A DNA stretch of 64,000 bases from Octopus vulgaris (GCA_951406725.2 OX597832.1:18352001-18416000); one strand, 5' to 3'; positions 36,953-48,610 are shown, counted from the first letter of the stretch. Notes: generated by a model from the letters alone, not told the origin. Made by a program: numbers and translations.

Positions 36953-36987
<35 letters not shown>

Positions 36988-36991
<4 letters not shown>

Positions 36992-37649
36992 AATATGTTA
37001 CATTACTCGATAGTCAAGATAAAACTCTGAGTTTCAGATGCCGAAGTGGAAATCCACAACACCATCTCTTCGGTTATCTGGCTATTTGAAAACGCTATGA
37101 AAAAATACCGTTAAATAAAGGGAAATTACTGTGTTATAACTCTGCTTGCCTGCGTACTTATACATCGCTCGCATTTTTCGTCATAAAAATTATATAAAAT
37201 TACATAAGAAATATATAAAAATATATATAAAAATATATAAAATCTTCTTGGGACTTGTTACGTTTTTGGTCCCCTAAAGAAAACAGATAGAACATGCTTT
37301 CTATGTTATGTCCAAAGAAGACTTTATATATTTTTATATATATTTTTATATATTTTTTACGTATTTTTATATAATTTTTATGACGAAAAATGCGAGCGAT
37401 GTATAAGTACGCAGGCAAGCAGAGTTATAACACAGTAATTTCCCTTTATTTAACGGTATTTTTTCATAGCGTTTTCAAATAGCCAGATAACCGAAGTGAT
37501 GGTGTTGTGGATTTCCACTTCGGCATCTGAAACTCAGAGTTTTATCTTGACTACCGAGTAATGTAACATATTATTGCATAGATAATTTCCTCTATTTACA
37601 TAATATTGAGGTCTCTTTCTTTCTTTTGTTATCTTACCGTTTTATCAAT

Positions 37650-37650
<1 letters not shown>
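36988..37650. mobile_element. Fold-back element with ~267-bp inverted arms (36988-37254 / 37310-37576), 55-bp spacer and ~75-bp extension, between (TA)n tracts
   Basis: Arms are near-perfect reverse complements. Confidence 0.9.
37017..37079 (-). ncRNA. Hammerhead-like motif with variant core CCGAAGA (U4C)
   Basis: agataa-CCGAAGA-gatg..gtgg-attt-ccac..catct-GAAA-ctcaga-GTT-ttatct; plus-strand twin at 37485-37547 has CCGAAGT. Confidence 0.65.
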
Positions 37651-37712
<62 letters not shown>

Positions 37713-38189
37713 CATATACATATATATACATATACGACGAGCTTCTTCCAGTTTCCGTCTACCAAATCCACTCACAAGGCTTTGGTCGACCCGAGGCTAT
37801 AGTAGAAGACACTTGCCCAAGTTGCCACGCCAGAATAACAAAGAGAAAACATGCGCTGAAATCTCAACATGAACCATAACGGCAACAATATCGAGAGCAA
37901 AACCCATGAATAACAACATCAAACCTGGATTCAGTGGCAGCCACAACAAAATATAACTGCAAGGGACAACAGCCAGAACAACACCAACAACAACAGCAGC
38001 AGCCTCAGCTATATCACTGCTACCACCACCGCGATTACAACCACCCGTAATAACAGCAACTACGAAAACAAGTAGCAGCAACGACAACACCAGTTCTGAT
38101 GGACGATGACAATAGCAACAACAACAACAAGGAAAACAACAAAAAGAACTGAGATGACATTAGGAACATAACCACAACCATCAGTACGG

Positions 38190-39010
38190 CCACTATCACC
38201 ACCACTACCACCGCCACCACCACTACCACTACCATCACCACCATCAATAACAGCAAGACCAACTATGGAAACAGCAGGAGCAGCGATGGCAGCAACAACA
38301 ATCTATACCGGGGTCTATGACAACAACACAAACAATAATAATAAGAAGAAAACAAACCAACAACGGCAGTATCACCACTATCACTACCACAACTGAAAAC
38401 CTCAACGAATACTACAATAACATCAGCAACAAGAACAACATCAAGGACGCGGACGACGATGACAACCAACTTAAGTTCAACGCCACCACCTCGTACACCT
38501 CCACCACCACAACAACCAACACCACCACATCCGCCGCTACCACCAACACTACCACCACCAATACCACCACAACCGCCGCTACCACCAACACCACCACCAA
38601 CAACAACACCACCACCAACACTACCACCACCAATAACACCACCACCAACACTACCACCACCACCACCACCAACACCACCACAAACACCAAACCGCCACCA
38701 CCACCAACACCACCGCCGCCACCACCAACACCACCACCACCGCCGCCGCCACCGACACCACCACCACCAACAACAACAACACCATCACCGCCGCCACCAT
38801 CGGCACCACCACCACCAACAGCAACACCAACACCACCACCAACAACACCAACACCACCACCAACACCACCACAAACACCAAACCGCCACCACCACCAACA
38901 CCACAACCGCCGCCACCACCAACACCACCGCCGCCGCCACCGACACCACCACCACCAACAACAACATCACCACAACCGCCGCCACCATCACCACCACGAA
39001 CAACGACAAC
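38190..39010. repeat. Imperfect (ACC/AAC/GCC)n trinucleotide array
   Basis: Direct inspection; internal ~190-bp duplication. Confidence 0.9.
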
Positions 39011-39332
39011 ATGTTCTGCCTATACAAAGGCTTTCACAGCAAACAATCATATTTTATTGGCAGTTATAATAGATTTACTTTCTAATTTCGCTTATTGTTG
39101 TCCTCTGTGTGTGACCCCGAAAGGTCAAAATCCCTTTGCAATTATTTGCTCAATATAAGAAAATATAACTGAGGGCAATATCTGTGTCCCTATGTCTCGG
39201 CATAGGTATATCATTTTGTATGGGTTTATGTGTGTGTTTTTTATGGTTATGTGCGTGGGTATGTATGTATATAAATAGTATGTATCTTTCTCTCTCTGTA
39301 TATATAAAAAATATGTGTGTGTGTATGTATGT

Positions 39333-39375
<43 letters not shown>

Positions 39376-39514
39376 CATACATGCACGTATGCCGCAATTT
39401 ACGTTCACGCGAGCGTCTATATTGGACGAACCAGAATACGAGGAACAAGAACAAAGTAAAAAAAAAACGACGAAATTTAATTAATAAGTATAACAATACT
39501 ACTACAAAACATGC

Positions 39515-39531
39515 TGCTGCTACTACTACTG

Positions 39532-39573
<42 letters not shown>

Positions 39574-39575
39574 AC

Positions 39576-39610
<35 letters not shown>

Positions 39611-39630
39611 CAATAATAATAATAATGATG

Positions 39631-39685
<55 letters not shown>

Positions 39686-39720
39686 TATTTTGTCGATTGA
39701 AATAATGAACGATTGATATG

Positions 39721-39770
<50 letters not shown>
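39515..39770. repeat. (CTA)n-(AAT)n and (GA)n microsatellites
   Basis: Direct inspection. Confidence 0.95.
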
Positions 39771-40216
39771 TCGTGTGTGTGTTTGGGTGTGTGCGTGTGT
39801 GTGTATGTATGTTGCGTCTCAGAAACAAATGCCATACAAGAGAAATGGCGTGTGTAAATGGGAAGACCTTAAAGAATTGAAGAAAATCGGTGTGGTGTAA
39901 AAATTGGAAGCTATGTAAACATTTTCAAAAGCTTTACGCATGTCAACTTATATATTTACTTAATAATTCAGTCATCATTAATTCTCTAAGTACCACGAAA
40001 ACTATACTACCCGGATGAGATCATAATCACGCCTTACAGTATCTAGTGCTGTGGCCCTTAATTAGCTAGATATTACGAAATATGTATGTGATTTCTTTAG
40101 AGAGAAGTATGGAAAATTTTTGACAAACTGAATAAAAAGTGACTTCACAAAGCACAAGCCTGATATAATTTGGAACGTTGTTGTCTTTGCTGGATGAACA
40201 GACCCTACACTATATA

Positions 40217-40689
40217 CAGTAATCCTTCGACAATCGTGTGTGCCACATTCCAAAATCCCAGCGATAGGTGAAAATACGCGAAGTACAAAATCTACTATAC
40301 TATATATTTTTTAAAAATTATTTTTATAATTTATATATATTTATTTTATTATAATTGCAAGAGAACACCACACACTCTCCTCCTGAATTTCGTTTTCTAT
40401 ACAGTATGTGTGATTCGTTGTTGATTCACCTACAGTACCCTACGTATTTTCTTTTGATGTACTTTAATTAATGTGTTATACAGTGCAGTACAGTACTGTA
40501 TTCTTATTAATTTTTAGGCGTCAAAATGTTTATTTTACCACGGAGATAATTAGAATTTAAAAAATGTATACTACAGAAACGCATGATATACTGAGGAGTC
40601 TGCGATGTAAATTTACATATAATAGCCAGAAAAATCCGTGATGTACTGAGGGTGCAATAGGTGAACCGCGATATGGCTAGGGTTTGCTG
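40217..40689. mobile_element. Tigger/pogo-like MITE (Tc1-mariner superfamily) with TA TSD
   Basis: ta|CAGTAATCCTTCG...CTAGGGTTTGCTG|ta imperfect TIRs; subterminal repeats (atcccagcgataggtgaa, gcaataggtgaaccgcgat). Confidence 0.65.
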
Positions 40690-41092
40690 TACCTCAAAAT
40701 CGTTTAATTTATAGGGTTAATGCTGAGGATAATCTCACCATCAACTGCTTACAAAACATGATTGATTTCCATACATTATTAGTCTCCTACAAAATCGAAC
40801 ATACCACGTCCGACATAATTCAGAACACTGCTTCTACTAGAGCACGAAGACACATTTTCTCCACAAAAGTTAATACATTCAAGCTTGCCCACACTTTCTC
40901 AGATCATTGCATATACGCGGAAAATTATGTCTACACATATCACGGCTTTCGATCTCTTATTTCTCAAGAGCAAATTGTCATCCACGCCATTGAGAATCGA
41001 GAAGGACAAAAATTGACACTTCGAATGTTTATAAACAGTGATAGTGATTTTCACATAGGAAATATAGAAATATGAAAATATGTAAATAGTAT

Positions 41093-41777
41093 GGATCTTT
41101 ACCTTTTGACCGACAGATTTTTAAAAAATATTTGTAAGTAAATACTTTCAAGTTTCGGATACTGGGGGAATGTGTCATATAAAACATCTTTTACTCTTAG
41201 CATGTTGGAGAAAAGCTTATATATAGGAAGTTATTTCACGTCAAAGTTGTAGCATTTCGGTAATTTCAACCAATCAATGAGGCGTATTCAGCTGAATAAA
41301 ATTACAGTTGTTGTTTGTCAACAAGAATTTCCGGCAGTGTATATTTCGTTTGTCACTGTTATTTATGTCAACCCTAACCATAAAACCCTAACCCTAACCC
41401 TAAAACCTTAACCCTAACCCTAACCCTAAAACCTTAACCCTAACCCTAACCCTAAAACCTTAACCCTAACCCTAACCCTAAAACTCTAGCCCTAACCCTA
41501 AAACCCCAACCCTAACCCTAAAACCCTAACCCTATCCCTAACCCTAAAACCCTAACCCTAACCCTAAAACCCTAACTCTAACCCAAAAACCCTAATCCTA
41601 ATCCTAAAAACTTAAAGCTAAAATCAGTACAAACGCACGAACGATGTCATAAATAACAGTGACAAACAAAGAGCAAAATATGTTTTATATGACACATTCT
41701 ACCAGTGTCCGAGTTTGAAAGTCTTTAGTCAGAAAAAAAATTATCTTTGAAACCTGTCGGTAAAAAAGCGAAGATCC
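41093..41777. mobile_element. Non-autonomous TIR DNA transposon enclosing a telomere-like array
   Basis: Left GGATCTTTACCTTTTGACCGACAG vs reverse complement of right end GGATCTTCGCTTTTTTACCGACAG; the inverted match extends ~100 bp (gaatgtgtcatataaaacat / atgttttatatgacacattc); second inner IR tttgtcactgttatttatg / cataaataacagtgacaaa. Confidence 0.8.
41370..41622 (-). repeat. Interstitial (TTAGGG)n-like array with TTTTAGGG variants and 26-bp higher-order units
   Basis: ccctaa units; taaaaccttaaccctaaccctaaccc x3 from 41401. Confidence 0.95.
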
Positions 41778-43203
41778 AAAATTATTCAAGGTGTATTTTA
41801 AATAAACATGTATTTTGACTCGCTAGGTAAACATGCAGTATACTCTTCTACTAATCTGATAATGAATAGCAAAAAAAAAAAAAAAATCGAATGTTCTTAC
41901 GGCTTGTTTTGTAACTTAAATCCAGTGATTCAACGGCGAGGTGTTGTAATAATATACACCTTATAAAACTCTAAAAACTTGTTACTTGTACTTTTTTTCT
42001 CTTTTTTTATTTTTACTTTGTATTTCTAATTAAATCTCCGCCATGGTTAATAACGAAAAGAATATCTAAATAAAAGCAAAAAGAATAAAAAAAAAAGAAA
42101 CATGTAAGCCAGAAGCTTTGATACTTAATACACCGAAGAACATGTAATCGGGACGTAAGAATAATCCTCCATCATTCCGTCATTCTACCTCGTTTAAACA
42201 TTAATACTCATTGATTAATATGTATCCGCAAATACAACTAAGAATTAAAAAGAAATAATAATAATAAAATACACATCATCATTCACTTTGTCAGTGCAAT
42301 GACATATACGTAGGAAGAAAAGAGAGATAGCGAAACGTATGGAACACACAGGACTATACACATGCGCAACGGCGCACGCATAAAAGCAAACACGATTAAA
42401 GAGGTACTTAGACAAAAGCAAACATGTAAGGTGTCAGTAAGTAATCAATATTACTTAATTAAAGCTCCGCACAAACTGTAAGCGTTTAATCATGGGTTTT
42501 ATGAAATTGTAGCATACATGCCGGACACTACGCCGCGCAAGTGGAGGTGCTGGTGAGATGTTGTCGAATAACAACGGAAAGAGAAAAAACAAAATGGATT
42601 CAAGTGCGTTGTTATTTTTGAACATGAAGTGAGATTCGTTGATGGAGTAGAGAAAATATTCGGCATGCAGTCTGTCAGTAATTAGCTAAGACAAATAATT
42701 AGGATCTCTTGCTAAGTATTACATAGCAGATTTAAAGGCGTTTAAAAGTTTTGTAAAATTTTTTTTCAGTTTGCTGTTTTGATTGCTTCTGTTTGTCCCC
42801 CGTCGTAAATGGGTTTCTATACATTCTGTGTAATTGAAATACGCAAGCACACATGCTGATATACTCACACATACACACATACACACATATACACACAAAC
42901 ATACAGACACACTTATACGTACGTATTAACATACATAGTTATACATACACACATATATACGTACATACATACACACATACATGCATGCATACATAAATAC
43001 ATATATGCTTGCGTGCATGTCTGTAAACATGCACGCATGCAGATTCTCTAAAGCTAATCTGTAAGTGGCACAGTGAAGATTTGAAAGATATTCCAAAAAT
43101 TCTCTATCTATGATTGTTACGTGAATACATTCCTATATTTAAGAGATGTGGAATTATGCACATTATTTACATAATTTATATTTGTCATGGATGTACCTGC
43201 TAA

Positions 43204-43865
43204 ATGGCCGACGCAAAGTTGCAGAAAGTGTACGGAGCGGAGTGTATGAGCCGCACAAACATGTACGAATGTTTTAGACGTTTCCAAGATGGCAGACAAA
43301 AGGACGATATTGACGAGACCTGAAACGATCAAAACTGGGAGACCGGCAACCAGTAAAACCGAGGAAAACATTGCAGATGTGCAGCTGTGAAATGAAATCT
43401 TTGAATCACAATCCGTGTGTGATCAGAGTATGTGCAGATTAGTTACGGTTCAGTTCAGTCCATTATCTTAAGATCTGGGTGTGAAACGCGTGTCTGCCAA
43501 GTTTGTGACAAAACTACTTTAAGGTGACCAGAAAAACACACTGGTTTCAGTTGCAGATGATCTTGATTGTGTCGAGGATGATGAGAACTTTTTGAAAACT
43601 TTTTTTAGGCCTCTGAGCAAGAATCGCCCACCTTTTGTGGATATTTGATTCTCTGCCCAACTACTCTCTGACATATTGTGTGCACTGACCACACGCTACA
43701 CACGTTTTTTCCAGGTACTGCTGTAAACAGCAGAAGTCCGCTAGAACGTTAAAACTCACTGCGCATGCACAACAGAAATCAAGGTCAATGTGTGACAAGC
43801 GGCTTTACTCTCCGTGCCTTAGTTTCGTTACTATGGCAACAGTGCATATACTTATTGATCAGATG
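43204..43865 (+). pseudogene. Degenerate, internally deleted mariner transposase (N-terminal HTH region)
   Basis: AKLQKVYGAECMSRTNMYECFRRFQDGR / GRPATSKTEENIADV / ISYGSVQSII / DLGVKRVSAKFVTKLL* across frameshifts; TIR-like tacttattgatcag near 43850. Confidence 0.85.
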
Positions 43866-44092
43866 CGCACACTCACACATATACTTATTTATCTACGTGC
43901 ATACATACATCACAAGCATAGCAAGCATACCATGTCGCTTATAGATATTTTGGATAGCAAAATTATGTCAGTTGCCCAATTGATGTCAATATTTCTTCGA
44001 AAAGCAAAGAGAAAGATGATAGCTACTTAGGAACCTGTTTCCGAATCTCCAGTATGTATATCCAAACAATAAAATCGAATTTATATTATAAA

Positions 44093-44477
44093 CTAGCAGT
44101 ATCGCCCGGCGTTGCTCAGGTTTGTAAGGGAAATAACTATAAAGCATTTTTAGAGAGTTATAGCCAAAAAATAGCAAAAAAATGGGAAAAAATTATGGTA
44201 AATTTTTTTTTGATAGTTAAAAAAGGTGGAGTTGCGTCCCCTACACAGTTTGTGGTTTGTGTTCCTGATTCTCGACCCCATGTCGAATTTATCGATTTTT
44301 TTCAGAACTGGGGGAACTTTTCAAAATTTTCGCTGCGTTAGTTTTGAATTATGACATTGGGCTATGTGTGTGTCAAGTTTCATCAGAATCGGTTGAAAGC
44401 CGTGGTCAGGGTGAGGGTACAAGCAAACAGGCACACAGAAACACGCACAGACAAACTGCCGTTTATATAGAGAGAGA
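44093..44477 (-). mobile_element. Complete non-autonomous Helitron
   Basis: Minus strand: A|TCTCTCTCTATATAAAC...hairpin CCTGAGCAACGCCGGG...CTGCTAG|T; AT target, no TSD. Confidence 0.85.
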
Positions 44478-44869
44478 TATTTGGTGCACTATTTTTTGAG
44501 AGTAAATATTTGTAACAATCTGGATAACCTAGGTTTTTCAGAAAATCCAGCCTGCTATTTGCTCATTACAAATAAAATATGAATGTGGAATATCAAAAAT
44601 AATAAAGACTTTCATCGAGTATAAAATGTGATTTTGGTTTTGTTATCTGAATCCTATCGGTGGACCTTCGTATCTATTAGGAGCCAACTCCTTCCGCAAT
44701 GAAATATTTCAAGGAATTACAAACAGAGCTTGACATTCATTCGTACTTAAATAGTTTTGCCCTTCTTGTTTCGTTATAACCCAGCATAGAATATAATATA
44801 TTTATTGGCTCATTTCACATTACTAAATATTGCTTTCAAATTTTGACACATTGCTAGATATTTCGTAGG

Positions 44870-45275
44870 ACTGGGTAAGTCAATTACATCGACCCAAGTG
44901 TTCAATTGGTACTTATTTATCGGCCTAGAAAGGATGAACTGTTGTTAAGTCGACTCCAGCGGCATATGAACTAAGAACGTAAAATTGGAAGAAATGCCGC
45001 TAAGCACGTTTTCCGACGCGGTAAAGATTCTGCCAGCTCGCTGTCTTCATTTGCCAAAATATTGCATTCAAATATTGAACAATTCCTGCAAATTTGGGAG
45101 AGTTTAAGTCGATTAAATCGATAGTAGCACTCAACTGGTAGTTATTTTATCAACCCCGTAAGGATAAAAAGTTGAATAAAACCCAGGAGTATTTGCACTC
45201 AAGAGGTAAACTCGTTAGAAATGCCACCGAGAACGCTTGTCCGGCGTCTAAAAATTCTGCTTGCTCGCTGCCTTC
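44870..45275 (-). mobile_element. Two tandem degenerate SINE family A copies
   Basis: aagtc(a/g)att..atcga...ggta.ttattt...attctgc..gctcgctg.cttca repeated at ~44878-45050 and ~45106-45277. Confidence 0.7.
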
Positions 45276-45686
45276 ACATGACCAAATATTGACTGAAAGT
45301 GGTCTGTTGGCTTTCTGACTTGACGATGTATAATCCCTGTATACTAATATGACTGATTCTCAGGCATTTAAAATATGCACGAATATAAAAATCTTTAAAA
45401 CCGTTCCAACAATGAGTAGTCTCTCATTTTTTGAACATATCCAGTGTAACCAAACGGTTTATCCTCTGCTAAGTAATCATGCTTTTCAATTTAGTCACGA
45501 GGCCAGTGATATCCATGAATAGGTGTTAGTCCACCATTAACCAGCAGTACCTCGATGGTAGTTTATCTGATCGATCCAAAACGATGAAAAACATTGTTGA
45601 ATTTAAAGGGAACTTAATTCAAGATGGAAAGATTCGGATCAAATGCCGCACGATATCTTTTCCAACGCTATAATTATTTATCCAAA

Positions 45687-45900
45687 GGCGACGAGCTGGC
45701 AGAAGCGTTAGGACGCCGGGCGAAATGCGTAGCCGTATTTCGTCTGCCGTTACATTCTGAGTTCAAACTCCGCCGAGGTCAACTTTGCCTTCCATCCTTT
45801 CGGGATCGATTAAATAAGTACCAGTTACGCATTTTATCCGTTTATCTGTCCTTGTTTGTCTTCTCTGTGTTTAGCCCTTTATGGGTAGTAAAGAAATAGG
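45687..45900 (+). mobile_element. SINE family A
   Basis: ggcgacgagctggcagaagcgttagg...gggtagtaaagaaatagg. Confidence 0.88.
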
Positions 45901-46537
45901 TAATTTACCTGATCGTTCCAAAAAGATGAAAAACTTTGTTGATCTTAAAGGGAATTTAACTCAGAATGGAAAGAATCGGATCAAATGATGCAAACTATTT
46001 TTCTCCGACGTTATAATTAATTATCCAGCGCACCATCTTAAGATTTAAAATGGAGTAGGATGTAAATAACGATAATAACAAGAACAGACACGTGATCGTG
46101 TAACGAATGCTCTCACCCCAAAAACTAGTAGTAATAGCTCATTTTCAGGTTTACGAATATTTCGCCTTTGAACTTCAAAAAAACCTTGAATGACAAATAT
46201 TATGACCATACTTCCATTAATTATCAGGTTAATTTTTGAAAGAAGCATCAAAGGTAGAAGACATTTTTGAGACGTATGAATTATGAAGATGTCCCTAAAA
46301 ACATAGAAAGAAATAATCTGGATTGGTTTCTTACTAATCTTCTTAGTGTGACGTACGAGGATTATATTTTATAGAAGCAGTAAAATAAGGTAGTATTTGA
46401 TTAGACATACAAAGCTAATGCAAACATACACGTACAAGACAAAAGATACACATATAGAGATGTGTATATATGCATACATACGCGCATGTATACGTGAAAT
46501 ATACATGTGTAAGTGAGAGAAGGTGCATGCACGAACA

Positions 46538-46605
<68 letters not shown>

Positions 46606-46837
46606 CACATATTCACACACATGTGTGTGCGTGTGTGTGTGTGAAACTGCCAATCCAAACACATTTTATTCTCTTTGTGCTTTTTCCTTTCTCTATATTC
46701 CTTCCTTCTTCCTTTCTCCTGACGAGCGTAGGTTCGAAACGTAAACGAATCCTTCCCTTTTTTCCTCAGTGTCAAACTATTACATCTAGCTTGATTTTCC
46801 CTTACCTATATCTCATTTTTGTTTATTGTAAATTTGA

Positions 46838-46894
<57 letters not shown>

Positions 46895-46902
46895 GAGTAT
46901 AT

Positions 46903-47056
46903 GAAAAAGGTCACCAGAATTTAGGTAAAAATCTTTTTTTATTTATTCATTATTAATAGCACTTTCGTTCGCTTCTCGAATTTGTCAAATAGAGAAATTC
47001 TATTTGACAAGTTTGAGAAACGAAAAAAAAATGCAAAATTCTGGTGACCTTTTCCC
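46903..47056. mobile_element. Small degenerate fold-back element, probably a Penelope-type terminus
   Basis: Outer IR aaaggtcaccagaattt/aaattctggtgaccttt; inner hairpin ttctcgaatttgtcaaatag/ctatttgacaagtttgagaa; flanked by (TA)n/(CA)n. Confidence 0.55.
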
Positions 47057-47113
47057 TCAATATTCATTCAACATCTGTACCCCACACCTAAAAGTACACT
47101 ACACACACACACA

Positions 47114-47147
<34 letters not shown>

Positions 47148-47278
47148 TGTAAATCTGTGTGCACGTGTAAACATAAATATGCATATATAAATATTTATAT
47201 CAATATGTATATTAATATATGTATATGAGCATATGTATCCATATATATATACATATATATTTATACATACGCTTAAAT

Positions 47279-47329
<51 letters not shown>

Positions 47330-47743
47330 CACATGCATTTATATATACACATAAACACATACACTCACGCGCACACAAATCATTGTACACGTGCCTATAT
47401 GCAAATATATCTTGAATTCTTTTTCTGAATATGCATTTATTCAAACCCGACAATTTGCTATGTTTGTCCAGCGATGCTGTTCTTTCTGCCTGCTTGTATA
47501 TATCGCATTTCTGCGTTTTATTTACTATTGTTCCTGTAATTATTCTTTGTTACCAGGAATTTTTTCATATGATATATATATATGCATATATATATGTGTA
47601 TGCATATGCATATGTGTGAGGTCTTGGGCAAATGACTTTTACTGCACTCTCGGGTCGACCAAGAAGTTCAGAGCGGATTAGGTAGACGGAAAGCGAAAGA
47701 AGTATGCAGTATGTATATACATATAAATGTGTGTGTGTGTGTA

Positions 47744-47776
<33 letters not shown>

Positions 47777-48395
47777 TTGTGTGTGTTTGTGTGTTTGTGT
47801 GTGTGTGTATGCATATACTCTAGTCTTTAAAAGGAAAGGTTCTGGAATCGATTCCTTTGACTAAAATTCTTACCGCTAGTGTCTCGATATGACTAAATTC
47901 TAAGAACCGAAAACATTAAATATTAACGATTTTTATTCTTGATCAACTTAGGTCAGTCCATTTACACAGATGTTACGAAGTTAATGCCTTAAGGTAGTCA
48001 ATAAAATTTTCAGTTTTTGCAATGCTTATTAGTTTCACATTTTCAGAATTATAAATTATATTTATCCTTAAGATTTCGTCTAAGTTTTATTCTTCAAGTT
48101 TGGTAGCCATAGTATATATCTCAATTTTCGTTTTATTTTGATGTATATTCTTTGCTGTGATAAATGAGACATATTCCCCTTTATCAAAGATCTGTTCCAT
48201 CAGGGATAACTTAGGCTACCCATTTATTACAGTTCAAAAATATTTTCTTTACAATGGGTTTAATCACAAAATAATAGAAAGTAGTTAAGTCTTGAACTTA
48301 GGATGTATTACTTTGTTCTATGCAAATGTGATTTAAAAGTTCCGGCATTGTATTCTAGGAAAAGAAACAGTTCTTCAGTCAACTACTGAGAATAA

Positions 48396-48396
<1 letters not shown>

Positions 48397-48469
<73 letters not shown>

Positions 48470-48501
48470 ATATATATATATATATATATATATCTATCTA
48501 A

Positions 48502-48598
<97 letters not shown>

Positions 48599-48610
48599 CA
48601 TATATATATA
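48397..48610. repeat. (ATCT)n/(AT)n compound microsatellite
   Basis: Direct inspection. Confidence 0.97.

Larger units (their letters stand above)
35909..36959. mobile_element. Non-coding retrozyme/Penelope-derived element: 501-bp monomer present as an inverted, permuted copy (35909-36397, minus) plus ~1.1 tandem copies (36398-36959, plus)
   Basis: tttgaccgcattggtccc recurs with a 501-bp period (36398, 36899); 35909-36397 is the reverse complement of 36580-36898 joined to 36398-36569; (TA)n flanks. Confidence 0.88.

Noticed and set aside
38317-39085. 250-aa Thr/Pro/His-rich ORFs resembling a mucin or extensin
   Set aside because: Long open frames on both strands arise from trinucleotide repeats; no signal peptide, splice support or unique domain
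41370-41622. True chromosome end or fusion site
   Set aside because: The array is short, degenerate, in a single orientation and enclosed in TIRs
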